Notes under the pieces: generated by a model
The model's input: only the letters and a program-made list of their open reading frames with translations
Databases searched by the model: none
What the model was told of the DNA's origin: nothing
Shown here: positions 9,892-19,356 of the stretch, piece by piece
Layout: every line of letters begins with the position of its first letter
How positions within the stretch are numbered: the first letter of the stretch is position 1
Translations under genes and position numbers: made by a program
Source of the DNA: Parcubacteria group bacterium GW2011_GWA2_40_143
GTDB lineage: Bacteria; Patescibacteriota; Minisyncoccia; UBA9983
DNA: 64,000 bases
NCBI GenBank assembly: GCA_000996035.1
Contig: LBYH01000002.1
Location: 8,979-72,978 of the forward strand
Direction: 5' to 3'

Positions 9892-10311
9892 TTATTTTAT
9901 CTTACTTTTTATATCCAAACTCCAAGAAAGATCTTTGAGTCGGCTCTTGGTGAGCTTGGGAATAAATTCCTCTTGCATTACTCCTTCTCTTTGCCGTCTC
10001 GCGTCGCTAACGGTAAAACTGGCGGTTTTCATTTTTTCCTTTTTCCAGAGATATATTTTCGGCGAAGCGTAATATTTAAGACCATGCTCCACAATTTTTA
10101 TAAATGGCTGATTGTTTACTTTGTAAAATGCCAACGCTATCACGAAACCGCCTATCGGCAGACCCAAAAAAACCACCACCGGAAATGGCAAAACCACGTA
10201 AAGAAGGAAAATAAGACCCGCGCCGCCGGCAAGGTAAACAAACTGTTTCCATGTAAGCGGCCCAAAAAGCTTACTCTCAATTTCTATAAATTGTGGAACT
10301 TGAAAACGCAT
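9892..10311 (-). CDS. PrgI/TcpE (VirB3-like) small membrane protein
   Basis: 139 aa; two adjacent TM helices 'FVYLAGGAGLIFLLYVVLPFPVVVFLGLPIGGFVIALAF'; sits immediately upstream of VirB4 as in Gram-positive T4SS. Confidence 0.5.
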   Translation of the reverse strand: MRFQVPQFIEIESKLFGPLTWKQFVYLAGGAGLIFLLYVVLPFPVVVFLGLPIGGFVIALAFYKVNNQPFIKIVEHGLKYYASPKIYLWKKEKMKTASFTVSDARRQREGVMQEEFIPKLTKSRLKDLSWSLDIKSKIK

Positions 10312-10315
10312 TTGT

Positions 10316-10960
10316 TTAATTTATCGGTTCACGATAAGGGTCTGCGTCGCCGTAACCCTTGCCATTTTCTAAGGGCGAGGAGGTCTTCGGTTCTACTTCT
10401 TCAGGCTTTTTATATTCCGCCACCTCCTTCGGCGCCCTGTATACGTCATCTTTGAGCTTGGCCTCAAACGGATTGGTAACGCCTTTAAAAATGTCCGGCA
10501 TTTTTTCTTCCTCATTTTTTACAGGCAAAGACGGCGCGGGAACATCTTCTTTTTCTATTTCTTTAAGTATATCACTTTTTGCGTCAGAAACAGCGGCAAC
10601 GATCCCCTCGCCATCGTCAAACGCGTCTTTATCGTCTCTTAAATTATGCACTCGTCGCAAAGAGTCTCTCACCTTCTTAAATATCCGCTCATTCACATCC
10701 GAGGCTATTTCTCCGGCTTTGGTTTTGTCAATTTCCAGCAGCTTGACTAGATTGGAGACAAACTCGCTTGACATGGTAACACCAAGCATTACCATGCCAG
10801 TTTCATTTCCAAGATTGCCGATTTTATCTATATTTAAATTATATTTTTTCCCAATCTTAACAATTTCTTCATCGGTTTCTATACTAAAAATAGCCGATCT
10901 TAAATCCTCCGGCAGATTGGAGTAAATATTTTCTATTTCTTGATCCGAATATTCTTTCAT
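10316..10960 (-). CDS. Acidic cytoplasmic hypothetical protein
   Basis: 214 aa, no TM segments, D/E-rich; adjacent genes are only 5 nt apart (10311/10316). Confidence 0.4.
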   Translation of the reverse strand: MKEYSDQEIENIYSNLPEDLRSAIFSIETDEEIVKIGKKYNLNIDKIGNLGNETGMVMLGVTMSSEFVSNLVKLLEIDKTKAGEIASDVNERIFKKVRDSLRRVHNLRDDKDAFDDGEGIVAAVSDAKSDILKEIEKEDVPAPSLPVKNEEEKMPDIFKGVTNPFEAKLKDDVYRAPKEVAEYKKPEEVEPKTSSPLENGKGYGDADPYREPIN

Positions 10961-10986
10961 GTTTTTTAAAAAATTATTTTTAAATA

Positions 10987-13077
10987 TTATAGCTTCTTGG
11001 AACCTCCGCCGCCACCACTTGAACCTATAGCGCCCTGAAGACCTTCTGTTTCTTTTCTTCTTTCTTCTTTATCTTCCAACTCCTTTTTCCTTGTTTCTTC
11101 TTTTTCAATTTGTTTTATATATCCTTCTCTTATCTTCTTTTCCGCATTTTTCTTTAATCTTGCTTGCTTAGTATCGTCAATGGCCTTTATGGCCGACGCT
11201 TCTCCGTCTGTGTCTCCATCATTTATTGCCTTAGACAGTTTGTAATTTTGAGTAACAAGTTTTGTTTCAAGCCCTTCCAAAACTTCTTCATTTTTTTCTA
11301 TTTCTTCTTTTAATTTATCTTTGGCAATACTTGCGTTAGACTGCACGGCTTTTAGATTCTTCAGCTCTTCTTTTTCTGATTCTATCCTTTTCTTCTTTTC
11401 TGTTTCAGCTGATCTTTTCGTTTCAATTCCTTCAATCGTTTTAGAAGCCGATTTTGTGAACACTTGCCCCTTCATCGCCGTTAAACCGGCATCACTGTAT
11501 GAACCAAATTTTTCCTTTCTTGATTTTTCTTCAGCCTTAAGTTGCTTCTCCCTCCATGTTGAAGCGCGAGCAAAGCCGCTGTTTACAAGAGGGATGGCTC
11601 CTATTATTTTGCCGAATTTGTTTTGTTTGCCGTCTTTATCCAATTGAGATCTGAGTAGACCCTCTCCGGCTAATCCAGCGGTTCTTTTTGCACCATATGT
11701 ACCCCATCTCATCGCCGCTCTGTCGCCAAATTTATTTCTCGCGAAATCGCCGGCTTGCTTGCCATACTTCATCGCCATGTCCGATCCGATCGCTCCCATC
11801 TGCTTGGCGACATATAAAGCCATTATCATAAGAAACGCAACCACCATAAAATGGAAAATCACTATGAGAGTTTCATCCACGTTAAATGGAAGAAATGAGC
11901 TGGCCGCGCTTTTTTCTGCGGCTATGATGGTTCCTTTCAAAAAATTGCTGTTTATAATCTCTGTTACTATTAAAAGCATAAAGAGATACGCGGGAGCGAA
12001 AAAAGATTGCCTTATTAAGGTATCCCACCATTTGCCGGCATGAGCCGCCAGCGCTTTTGGCATAATTGGCAAGATAAAACCAAGCGGCGCGAAAATCATA
12101 AGTATCCAAAGCACAACTACTCTTATAATAAAGAGGGCCGCGCTGGCAAAAAAGATAAAACCGGCAATAAAGTTAAGAGTGGCTGAGAGGATATACAAAA
12201 CTGACATCTGCATAAAAGTAACCGGCAATATTTCTTTTCCTTCCTCTACAGCTTCCATCAATTTCTCTTGATTGCTTTTTTTGGTTTCATCTTCCTCCGG
12301 CGCGCCAAACCACGCATTTTTAAATTCGCCAGCAAACAAAGACTTGCCTGTGTATTTCACAGATTCCAATAAATTTGTCCAACTTGACCATGTCCGATAG
12401 CTACCGGCTGTAACATCTGCCACACCCGTTCCAACAATTACAGCTGAGGAAATAACCTTAGCAACCCCGTCTTTTTTTATATCAACAATCTGAACAGCGC
12501 CGGGAATTTGCGGAAATTTAGCTTGCCCTTGCGTGTCTATTTTGTTGTAAAAACTCCATGCCAATACATGCGAAGCGTCAATAATCATTCTGGCAAACAA
12601 AAGGCTAAAATTTATAAGCACTGCCACCACTATAACTTTTACAAGCAATTCCTTGCCTCCGTAGGTGCCTATCTGCAAAATAGTGGCAATGGCGATATAT
12701 AAAATAATGAAGATAAAAAACAGATTGGCAAAATCTCTCATAAGCTTCCAGCCTTCCTCTATAATTCCTGCTTCAAATATGCTTCCTGAAATGCTAAAAA
12801 GCATCGCTCCGTCAAAAATCTCTCCGCCGGCCCACGTTACGAAAGTTGAAAGATAATGTATAAACTGAGTTATATAGTATATACCTGCTGTTATGCATCC
12901 CCAGACGGCAGTTACTCCACAGACACCTTCAATGTGCATAACAGTTTCATCGCTTGCCGTCTCCTCCGCGTAAGCAACGCCAATAACGCCAATTTGCGAT
13001 ATAGCCGGCGCGGAAGTCTGAAAAATGGTTACCGCCAGTATCAGACACAATATTATTTTTTTTATTTTACTTATCAT
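10987..13077 (-). CDS. VirB6/TrbL-like polytopic membrane protein with a C-terminal charged coiled-coil tail
   Basis: 696 aa; at least seven hydrophobic helices followed by a K/E-rich coiled-coil C-terminus and a poly-Gly end. Position and topology are consistent with VirB6-family channel proteins. Confidence 0.4.
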   Translation of the reverse strand: MISKIKKIILCLILAVTIFQTSAPAISQIGVIGVAYAEETASDETVMHIEGVCGVTAVWGCITAGIYYITQFIHYLSTFVTWAGGEIFDGAMLFSISGSIFEAGIIEEGWKLMRDFANLFFIFIILYIAIATILQIGTYGGKELLVKVIVVAVLINFSLLFARMIIDASHVLAWSFYNKIDTQGQAKFPQIPGAVQIVDIKKDGVAKVISSAVIVGTGVADVTAGSYRTWSSWTNLLESVKYTGKSLFAGEFKNAWFGAPEEDETKKSNQEKLMEAVEEGKEILPVTFMQMSVLYILSATLNFIAGFIFFASAALFIIRVVVLWILMIFAPLGFILPIMPKALAAHAGKWWDTLIRQSFFAPAYLFMLLIVTEIINSNFLKGTIIAAEKSAASSFLPFNVDETLIVIFHFMVVAFLMIMALYVAKQMGAIGSDMAMKYGKQAGDFARNKFGDRAAMRWGTYGAKRTAGLAGEGLLRSQLDKDGKQNKFGKIIGAIPLVNSGFARASTWREKQLKAEEKSRKEKFGSYSDAGLTAMKGQVFTKSASKTIEGIETKRSAETEKKKRIESEKEELKNLKAVQSNASIAKDKLKEEIEKNEEVLEGLETKLVTQNYKLSKAINDGDTDGEASAIKAIDDTKQARLKKNAEKKIREGYIKQIEKEETRKKELEDKEERRKETEGLQGAIGSSGGGGGSKKL

Positions 13078-13097
13078 TAAGAAACAAAATTAAAAAC

Positions 13098-15704
13098 TTA
13101 AGCATCCGCTAAAATATCTTCGCAATCTTTCGCGTCAACATCTTCGTTGTCTGTATATTTATTCAACACGCAAGTGTATTGCTCAACTTGGTCTTTTGTC
13201 TTATTCTCTTGATTACTCGTGTCTTCGTTTACTTCTTTCGCCTTTTTCTCCCCCTTGGTGGTGTATTCTTTTTTACCAAGAGCGCCTGCTGATATTGTAA
13301 CACTGTCGGAGAATTTTTCCCCATCGGCGTCCTGACAAATAAACTTATAAGACACTTCGTATGAGCTATCGCCTTCTTCTCCTTCAAACTCTATTGTTTC
13401 TTTACCTTTGTAATTGCTCGCGTCAACTTCCAAATAATACCCCTCGCCGACATATTGCCAATTATCTGCGATACCATCTCCATCCGCATCCACTACCTCA
13501 TCATCTTCATCAAGCCTTGTCAGACTGCCGCTTAAGCCTTCCATATAATCTTTTTCTTCCGCGTACAAATAACAGCTTCCCGAAACATTTGAAGCGCTCC
13601 ATCTTAGTTTGGAACTTTTACCGAAAGCCACCTCCGAAGGCGAAGTCGTTATATCCACGGCGGTAACGACTTCAGCGTCATCGTAAGAAGAAATCGCCAC
13701 AGACACGGTATCATAATCTCCGTCTTCGCTATAGCAGGTAATGGAATATTCTCTTTCTTCGCTTTCATATTCTCCGTCTTCATCTTTAATGCCAAAATCT
13801 TTTGTTCGGTAAGAACCGGATGTGCTCTCGCTAAAATCCATATCCCAATCGTTATCACCGGAACCTTCTTCTTTTTCGCAATAATCGGCGCCGGTAGCGT
13901 ACCAATACACGTAAGTGTCTTCTCCATTCTCCACCGCCGTTTCTTTTGCCCAGATATTTACGGCAAATTCTTCCGATCCGCTAATTTCTCCGCAAATATC
14001 GCCTTTTTCTTGATTGGCATTGTAATTCTCATTACTGAAGCAATAATTCTTTTTAATCTCGTTTATTTTCTTTTTTGATTTGGCTTTAAGCACATCATTG
14101 TCAAAATTTTCAAGCACTTCCAGCGCCCACTCGGATATGCCTATGTAATCTTGGCCCCAGTCAGAATCAAAATACTCCCCACCAGACTCAAAATCGCCAA
14201 GCTTGCTTTCCGCTTTGCTAATTTTTTCGTCAATATCTTTTATTTCGCAGGTTATTGTATCATCATCACTATTGTCGTCATCATCACACGATGTCACAGT
14301 TTCAACCTCACCCAAATCAATATACTTAAAAACTTCTATATCATTCAAATCGGTTATATCGCCACTGTCTTCGTCAAGCAAGTCGGCGCAATATTCATTA
14401 TCATTCAAAATATCCCCTCTATTATCTTTGCCATATTGGATGCATTTAAGCTTGTTGGCGATTTCTCCAAGTTTTTCCATTCTTTCCTTCAAGGTACTCT
14501 TCATCTCCTCAAGCGAGTTCTTAAACTTCTTTTCCCACTTGCTCATATTGCCTATCTTTTCAGATAAGTTAAGTTTCGTTGCGTTTGCGTCTTGACTGTC
14601 CTCAAGCGCGCCATATTGATCCCTGTTGCCGGCTCTGTCCGGACTGCTCGTGTAGGCACTCAAGCCTTCTCCGCCAGATCCGCCGGTAACAATCCAGCTT
14701 ACTAATTGGGTGGCCAGCGCGCCGATTATTTCGTCTATTTCATCGGCTACTTGTAATCTACCTTCATCACCGCCGAGGGTTTTATCCAATTTCCCTTGCA
14801 CTATGGCGCCGGGAGTGGTGGTTTTGTACTCAGCACATGTGCTGATGGGAGCAGTGGAGGGAGAAGAAACTGGATCAAAAGCATTATAATTGTTGCCAAG
14901 ACTTGTTGGCTCGCTATACTTCACGCACTGCCTTATACCCAAGAAACCTCTGCCGAGCTGCGCGCCAAATTTTTCTTGCTCTCGGCCTTTTTGCGCTTCT
15001 TTAATGGCGTCGTTGTAGGCCATACCAAATGCTCCGGCTTTATTATTTTTCGGGTTTGATGTAAAAAGCCACATCCCCCAGCCGCCATTTCTAAAATCAC
15101 TACCATATTCTCTTACTATGTTTTCCTGATTTATATTTATATCTATGTCAATCCAATCACTAAAACTCCTACCAAGTCCTTCTTCAAATTTATCTACAAC
15201 ATCTTCAAAAGTACATCTATATTTAGTTTTGCTTGTGCCAGGTAAAAATAGATCTAAACTAAAACTAAACTTTCCAAATGGATCGCATAACCACTCAAGA
15301 TTCAGGTCACTTATAACCGCCCCGCTCAATTGATTGCCAAATTCTCCAAAGAACTGCTCCGGGTTCTCAAGAAACATCGGGCTCCCTTCAAAGCCGCTGT
15401 TTATCCAATCCACTATCTGATCGGTAAATGTGTCTATGAGTACGTTGATAGCCGTCCACGCAAAACCATCAAGGACGTACTCTTTGATTTCAAGTGCCCC
15501 TGCGGAAATAGCTGTAGCAGCACCAGTAACAGCGCTCTCAACAGACGCCCATGCCCCTTGGCTCACGTCAGAATTAACATTTACGGAGTAGGCCTCCGCT
15601 TTTGTCGCATTAAAAGAAAAAGTTGCCGCCAAAAAAACAGCAAACACACTCATTATCCATCTTGTTATTTTTTTATTTTTTTTCCAAAAAAACATTTTAT
15701 TCAA
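13098..15704 (-). CDS. Large secreted acidic surface protein (candidate adhesin/tip protein of the T4SS-like cluster)
   Basis: 868 aa; signal anchor 'WIMSVFAVFLAATFSFNA', highly D/E-rich, scattered Cys. Overlaps the upstream gene by 8 nt. Confidence 0.45.
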   Translation of the reverse strand: MNKMFFWKKNKKITRWIMSVFAVFLAATFSFNATKAEAYSVNVNSDVSQGAWASVESAVTGAATAISAGALEIKEYVLDGFAWTAINVLIDTFTDQIVDWINSGFEGSPMFLENPEQFFGEFGNQLSGAVISDLNLEWLCDPFGKFSFSLDLFLPGTSKTKYRCTFEDVVDKFEEGLGRSFSDWIDIDININQENIVREYGSDFRNGGWGMWLFTSNPKNNKAGAFGMAYNDAIKEAQKGREQEKFGAQLGRGFLGIRQCVKYSEPTSLGNNYNAFDPVSSPSTAPISTCAEYKTTTPGAIVQGKLDKTLGGDEGRLQVADEIDEIIGALATQLVSWIVTGGSGGEGLSAYTSSPDRAGNRDQYGALEDSQDANATKLNLSEKIGNMSKWEKKFKNSLEEMKSTLKERMEKLGEIANKLKCIQYGKDNRGDILNDNEYCADLLDEDSGDITDLNDIEVFKYIDLGEVETVTSCDDDDNSDDDTITCEIKDIDEKISKAESKLGDFESGGEYFDSDWGQDYIGISEWALEVLENFDNDVLKAKSKKKINEIKKNYCFSNENYNANQEKGDICGEISGSEEFAVNIWAKETAVENGEDTYVYWYATGADYCEKEEGSGDNDWDMDFSESTSGSYRTKDFGIKDEDGEYESEEREYSITCYSEDGDYDTVSVAISSYDDAEVVTAVDITTSPSEVAFGKSSKLRWSASNVSGSCYLYAEEKDYMEGLSGSLTRLDEDDEVVDADGDGIADNWQYVGEGYYLEVDASNYKGKETIEFEGEEGDSSYEVSYKFICQDADGEKFSDSVTISAGALGKKEYTTKGEKKAKEVNEDTSNQENKTKDQVEQYTCVLNKYTDNEDVDAKDCEDILADA

Positions 15705-16686
15705 AAACTTCTATGTCATAATCGTCAAAAAATTCCTGCATACTTAGACCGGCGTAATAAACTCTCTTTGCCTGATTTTTGTAAATATTGAAACCCGCCA
15801 AAGCCGATATGGGGTCGCTTGCAATCTTAGTCATATCATTTACTGCCGAACCGACATTGTTAATTCCATTCAAAATATCTAAATGTTGAGCCGACAAGCT
15901 TTTTGGAATATTTTTAATTTCCGAAATCTGCGTCGCGATTGTTTCATAAAAATTCGCCGAATCTTTCAAAAGGGAAATTTCTTCATCAATGTTTTCATCA
16001 TTTTTCTTTTTCCCAAGCATGCGTTCAAATATTTGACCTTCGTTTTCTTGAGTATTTTTTTTCTCGTCAAACATTGTTTTTTTTATTTCATCGGCGTAGG
16101 CTTTTATAGCCGCGCTCGTTTCGCTTTTGGTGAAATTTATATCAGAAGAATCGTAAGCATCTTTAATATTTTCTCCGGCCGATTCAATGTCGCCCATAAA
16201 CATATTTACCAACTCATTTTTGTCGTCTTCCGTAAGCGTTCCCTTTGCCGTTTTGAGCGCCAAATAATTAAGCATCATTTTTCTGGCTGATATTTGGGTT
16301 TTAGAATCGCTTATCCATTCATTCACGTCCGCGCCATTTGTTTTGTTTACAGGTAAATTACCGGAAAGCTCATCATCGGGGCCGGCTACGGTGGGATTGC
16401 GGCCGGCGGCAATTTCTTCTCCATCGCTCATGCCATCGCCATCGGTATCAGGATTTTTAGGATCTGTTTTCCAAAGCGCTTCTTCCCAATCAGCCAAACC
16501 GTCTCCGTCCGCGTCTTTGACCAATATTTCTTTGGCGGTCATGTTCACCGCCAAAAGAGAGTCGTCTTTCTCTGCCTCGTATGAAAGACTGGTGTTTTTG
16601 ATTGATTTATAGTAAAACCACCCTCCAAAAAGAAGGATAATAATTATCAAGAAAAGAACTATTTTTTTATTTGGTAAGATAGCCAA
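15697..16686 (-). CDS. Membrane-anchored protein with DxDxDG (thrombospondin type-3-like) calcium-binding repeats
   Basis: 329 aa; N-terminal TM 'IVLFLIIIILLFGGWFYY'; 'DADGDGLADWEE...DPKNPDTDGDGMSDGEE' repeats. First gene of the minus-strand cluster. Confidence 0.45.
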   Translation of the reverse strand: MAILPNKKIVLFLIIIILLFGGWFYYKSIKNTSLSYEAEKDDSLLAVNMTAKEILVKDADGDGLADWEEALWKTDPKNPDTDGDGMSDGEEIAAGRNPTVAGPDDELSGNLPVNKTNGADVNEWISDSKTQISARKMMLNYLALKTAKGTLTEDDKNELVNMFMGDIESAGENIKDAYDSSDINFTKSETSAAIKAYADEIKKTMFDEKKNTQENEGQIFERMLGKKKNDENIDEEISLLKDSANFYETIATQISEIKNIPKSLSAQHLDILNGINNVGSAVNDMTKIASDPISALAGFNIYKNQAKRVYYAGLSMQEFFDDYDIEVFE

Positions 16687-16767
16687 AGATTACGGCATCC
16701 GCCGTAATTAAATTATACCACTTACTTAAAATATTTTATACACGCAATAAGCCTTTTTGTGGATAAC

Positions 16768-17535
16768 TTATTTGCTTATCAAACATTTCCAATTCTCAAT
16801 ACTCAGATCTTCCGCTCTCGCTTTTTCGCTTACGCCGCAACCGGTCAGAAAATCGGCATCAACTCCAAGATTACCTTTCAACATTTTTCTTTTGCTGGCA
16901 AAACCTTTTTTAACTATTTCAAAAAACTTTTCTTCAGAAATGTCTCTAAAAAATTCCTTGGAAATGTTTGAGATTTTTAAAACCGCCGAATCCACCTTGG
17001 GCTTGGGAGAAAAATTGCCGGCCGGCACCCTTCTCGCTATCTCCGGCCGGCCATAAACCTTAACGCTGATTGAAAGAAGACTCTCTTTTGTTCCCACAAT
17101 CCTCTCCGCCACTTCTTTTTGCACCATTAAAACTATCATTGAAGGCTGTTCGCTTTCCGGTTTATCGCTTAAAAAATTTCTTAAAAACTGAGAAGTGATG
17201 TAATACGGAATGTTAGCCACTACCTTATATCCCCCACCCACCATCAAGGCGTCGCCTTGATGGTGTAAAATATCGTCAAAAAGGAGTTCCAGTTTCCCGT
17301 TTTTTATTTCTGACGCAAATTTTTCTTTTAAAAACTCCGCAAATCTCTCATCTTTCTCCATCGCTATCACTTTTTTAGCCTTATTTAGCAAAGCTTCAGT
17401 AAGAATGCCCTTACCCGGTCCCACTTCCAAAATCACGTCGTTTCCATTTATTTCAGCGGCATTTACAATATCCTCCACCACCTTGCGTGAAGTTAAAAAA
17501 TTCTGCCCCAAACTTTTTTTAGCTTTTATCATCAT
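16768..17535 (-). CDS. rsmA: 16S rRNA (adenine1518/1519-N6)-dimethyltransferase RsmA/KsgA (start assumed at internal Met)
   Basis: 'KSLGQNFL' hallmark and SAM motif 'ILEVGPGKGILTEAL'. The track ORF extends to 17592 through the REP palindrome; the internal Met 'MMIKAKKSLGQNFL' is the more plausible start. Confidence 0.85.
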   Translation of the reverse strand: MMIKAKKSLGQNFLTSRKVVEDIVNAAEINGNDVILEVGPGKGILTEALLNKAKKVIAMEKDERFAEFLKEKFASEIKNGKLELLFDDILHHQGDALMVGGGYKVVANIPYYITSQFLRNFLSDKPESEQPSMIVLMVQKEVAERIVGTKESLLSISVKVYGRPEIARRVPAGNFSPKPKVDSAVLKISNISKEFFRDISEEKFFEIVKKGFASKRKMLKGNLGVDADFLTGCGVSEKARAEDLSIENWKCLISK

Positions 17536-17553
17536 CAGCAATTGCACCAAGGT

Positions 17554-17580
17554 TTGCACCAAGGTTAAACCTTGGTGCAA
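17554..17580. repeat. REP-like perfect palindrome TTGCACCAAGGTT-A-AACCTTGGTGCAA (REP copy 1; partial direct copy at 17543-17553)
   Basis: 27-bp self-complementary sequence overlapping the RAYT 3' end; the same sequence recurs at 18235-18290 and 19325-19350. Confidence 0.8.
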
Positions 17581-18230
17581 TAACTTAGCCAAAAATCAAG
17601 ATATTTTCTAAGCTCCAAAGTATCATCAAAATATTCAGGCAGAACGTTTTTATCTATAATCAATCCTTCTTTTCTTTCTAACCCTAAATAATCAATAAAA
17701 CTGGAGTATTTATATTGTTTTAAAAAATCATCGACTTTATCTTTATTAGAAATACCATTTTCTTTCCAGTGAGGATCGACCATTTTTACCGGATTTAGAT
17801 GAATATAAGCTAAAAGATACTTGAGATGATTGTCGTCATTAGCATGAATAGACTTGAAGCTACTTTCAAAAAGCGAGCCTGTTCTCTCATATTTTTTATT
17901 AAAAAACATAGTATAACCAGTCATCATTTTTTGCATAAACTTACTTACTCCACCCTCCCTAATTTCTTGAACTAGTACATGAAAATGATTGGGCATAAGA
18001 CAATAAGCCGATATCTTCACGATATCATCTTCTTTTTTCAAATTTAAAACACCCTCAAGAGTACTATCGCGCAAGTTGCTTATATGGACAGTGTCTTTAT
18101 TGTTGCAGATATACAAAAGAGAAATAAATCTTTCGTAGTCATCCTTTTTCAAAAAAATTTTTCTCTTATCCGTACCTCTTCCGTATAAGTGATAATTTTC
18201 TCCTATTGAAAAATCAATATTTCTAGCCAT
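17565..18230 (-). CDS. IS200/IS605-like Y1 HUH transposase, REP-associated tyrosine transposase (RAYT)-like
   Basis: 221 aa; HUH motif 'YCLMPNHFHVLVQE'; C-terminal 'AYIHLNPVKMVDP' resembling the RAYT catalytic-Tyr region; flanked on both sides by REP-like palindromes. Confidence 0.7.
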   Translation of the reverse strand: MARNIDFSIGENYHLYGRGTDKRKIFLKKDDYERFISLLYICNNKDTVHISNLRDSTLEGVLNLKKEDDIVKISAYCLMPNHFHVLVQEIREGGVSKFMQKMMTGYTMFFNKKYERTGSLFESSFKSIHANDDNHLKYLLAYIHLNPVKMVDPHWKENGISNKDKVDDFLKQYKYSSFIDYLGLERKEGLIIDKNVLPEYFDDTLELRKYLDFWLSYCTKV

Positions 18231-18234
18231 TTTT

Positions 18235-18290
18235 TTGCACCAAGGTTAAACCTTGATATAATTGGTTAAACCTTGCATTTTGGTGCTGAT
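18235..18290. repeat. REP-like palindrome, degenerate copy with an internal 20-bp partial duplication
   Basis: TTGCACCAAGGTTAAACCTT[gatataattggttaaacctt]GCATTTTGGTGC, immediately upstream of the RAYT start codon. Confidence 0.6.
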
Positions 18291-19264
18291 AAGCCTTTGA
18301 AAAACTCAACGACCTCAACAAAATCAGCTTCGTTGTACTTACAAGAGTTATCTAGGAAGCATCTGTCATCTTTTGATATTGGAAATTTATTACTTGATAT
18401 TAAATTAGATATTTTAATATCAGCCCCATTCCAATATCTTTCGCAAGAAAGATCTAGATTTTCCTTATCTACACCTAAAGCTGAGAGCGCTTCATCTGTG
18501 TTTCTAAAGCAAAAGATATTTCCATTATTTATAGTTTCTTTTTGAGCCGGCTCAAAACAAATTTTGCCGAAAGCATATTCCTCAAAACCCCTTGGTAAAG
18601 AGTTTTTGTTCATAAAATATAAATATGATCCAGTGGCTTTTGTACTATTTTCATTTATAAACTTAAAACTAGACAGGATATTGTTATATACCGCCTGCTG
18701 CTCTTTTTCTTTTGGATTATTAACCCCAGGATAAACAGAATAAAATATTTTAAATATTTTTACCCCTCTATTTATATAGATCTCCTGACTAACACTGTCT
18801 CCACCGCGCTGTGTTATATAAAAAGCATCATGATCGTTAAACGATTTTTCTTCTCCATGAGATACATCTCTTAATGTAAATGGTAAATCTTTTTCTCCGC
18901 TTTTATCAAATTCTTTTTTATAAAATTCCGAGTACCAATCTTTCGGACTTAATTTATTCAAATTATCATAAATGTATACACTTAAACGGTACGGGATACC
19001 TTCGTAGGGAATGCCATCTTCTTGATCCGTTATGCGTACATGATTGTTATCCCCAACAACAAGCTTTAAAAAATCTGGATATCTAATTTCAAATAAAAGT
19101 CTGTTGTCTTTATATGTTTGCCATCCTATATTTTCAATAACATGAATGTCACGCCCAGCTGATGTGGTGCTTTTTTCACTATTAATTTTGTCTCTCTCCT
19201 CTAAAAAATAAATAAAAAGAACACCAACAATAATCGCCACTAAAAATAAAATTATTTTTTTCAT
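18266..19264 (-). CDS. Secreted hypothetical protein with a Cys-rich C-terminus, located between REP copies (possible REPtron cargo)
   Basis: Start assumed at 'MKKIILFLVAIIVGVLFIYFL' (signal anchor); the track ORF extends to 19294. No recognisable domain. Confidence 0.45.
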   Translation of the reverse strand: MKKIILFLVAIIVGVLFIYFLEERDKINSEKSTTSAGRDIHVIENIGWQTYKDNRLLFEIRYPDFLKLVVGDNNHVRITDQEDGIPYEGIPYRLSVYIYDNLNKLSPKDWYSEFYKKEFDKSGEKDLPFTLRDVSHGEEKSFNDHDAFYITQRGGDSVSQEIYINRGVKIFKIFYSVYPGVNNPKEKEQQAVYNNILSSFKFINENSTKATGSYLYFMNKNSLPRGFEEYAFGKICFEPAQKETINNGNIFCFRNTDEALSALGVDKENLDLSCERYWNGADIKISNLISSNKFPISKDDRCFLDNSCKYNEADFVEVVEFFKGLSAPKCKV

Positions 19265-19324
19265 ATTTTTACATTTTTTACAATAAAAAATCACCTAATC
19301 GTATTTTATCATATTTTTGATTTC

Positions 19325-19350
19325 TGCACCAAGGTTAAACCTTGGTGCAA
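19325..19350. repeat. REP-like palindrome TGCACCAAGGTT-A-AACCTTGGTGCA (REP copy 3)
   Basis: Perfect 25-26-bp palindrome identical to REP copy 1, in the 7-nt-wide gap before pcrA. Confidence 0.8.
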
Positions 19351-19356
19351 ATTTTC

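Larger units (their letters stand above)
17543..19350 (-). mobile_element. REPtron-like unit: REP - RAYT - REP - hypothetical secreted protein - REP
   Basis: Three copies of the same palindrome bracket two genes, one of them a HUH Y1 transposase; see the component features. Confidence 0.55.

Noticed and set aside
17536-17592. N-terminal extension of rsmA (MAKLLHQGLTLVQTLVQLLM…)
   Set aside because: The extension is a translation of the REP palindrome. The conserved KsgA start (MIKAKKSLGQNFL) is downstream, so the REP lies in the intergenic region overlapping the RAYT stop rather than in rsmA coding sequence.
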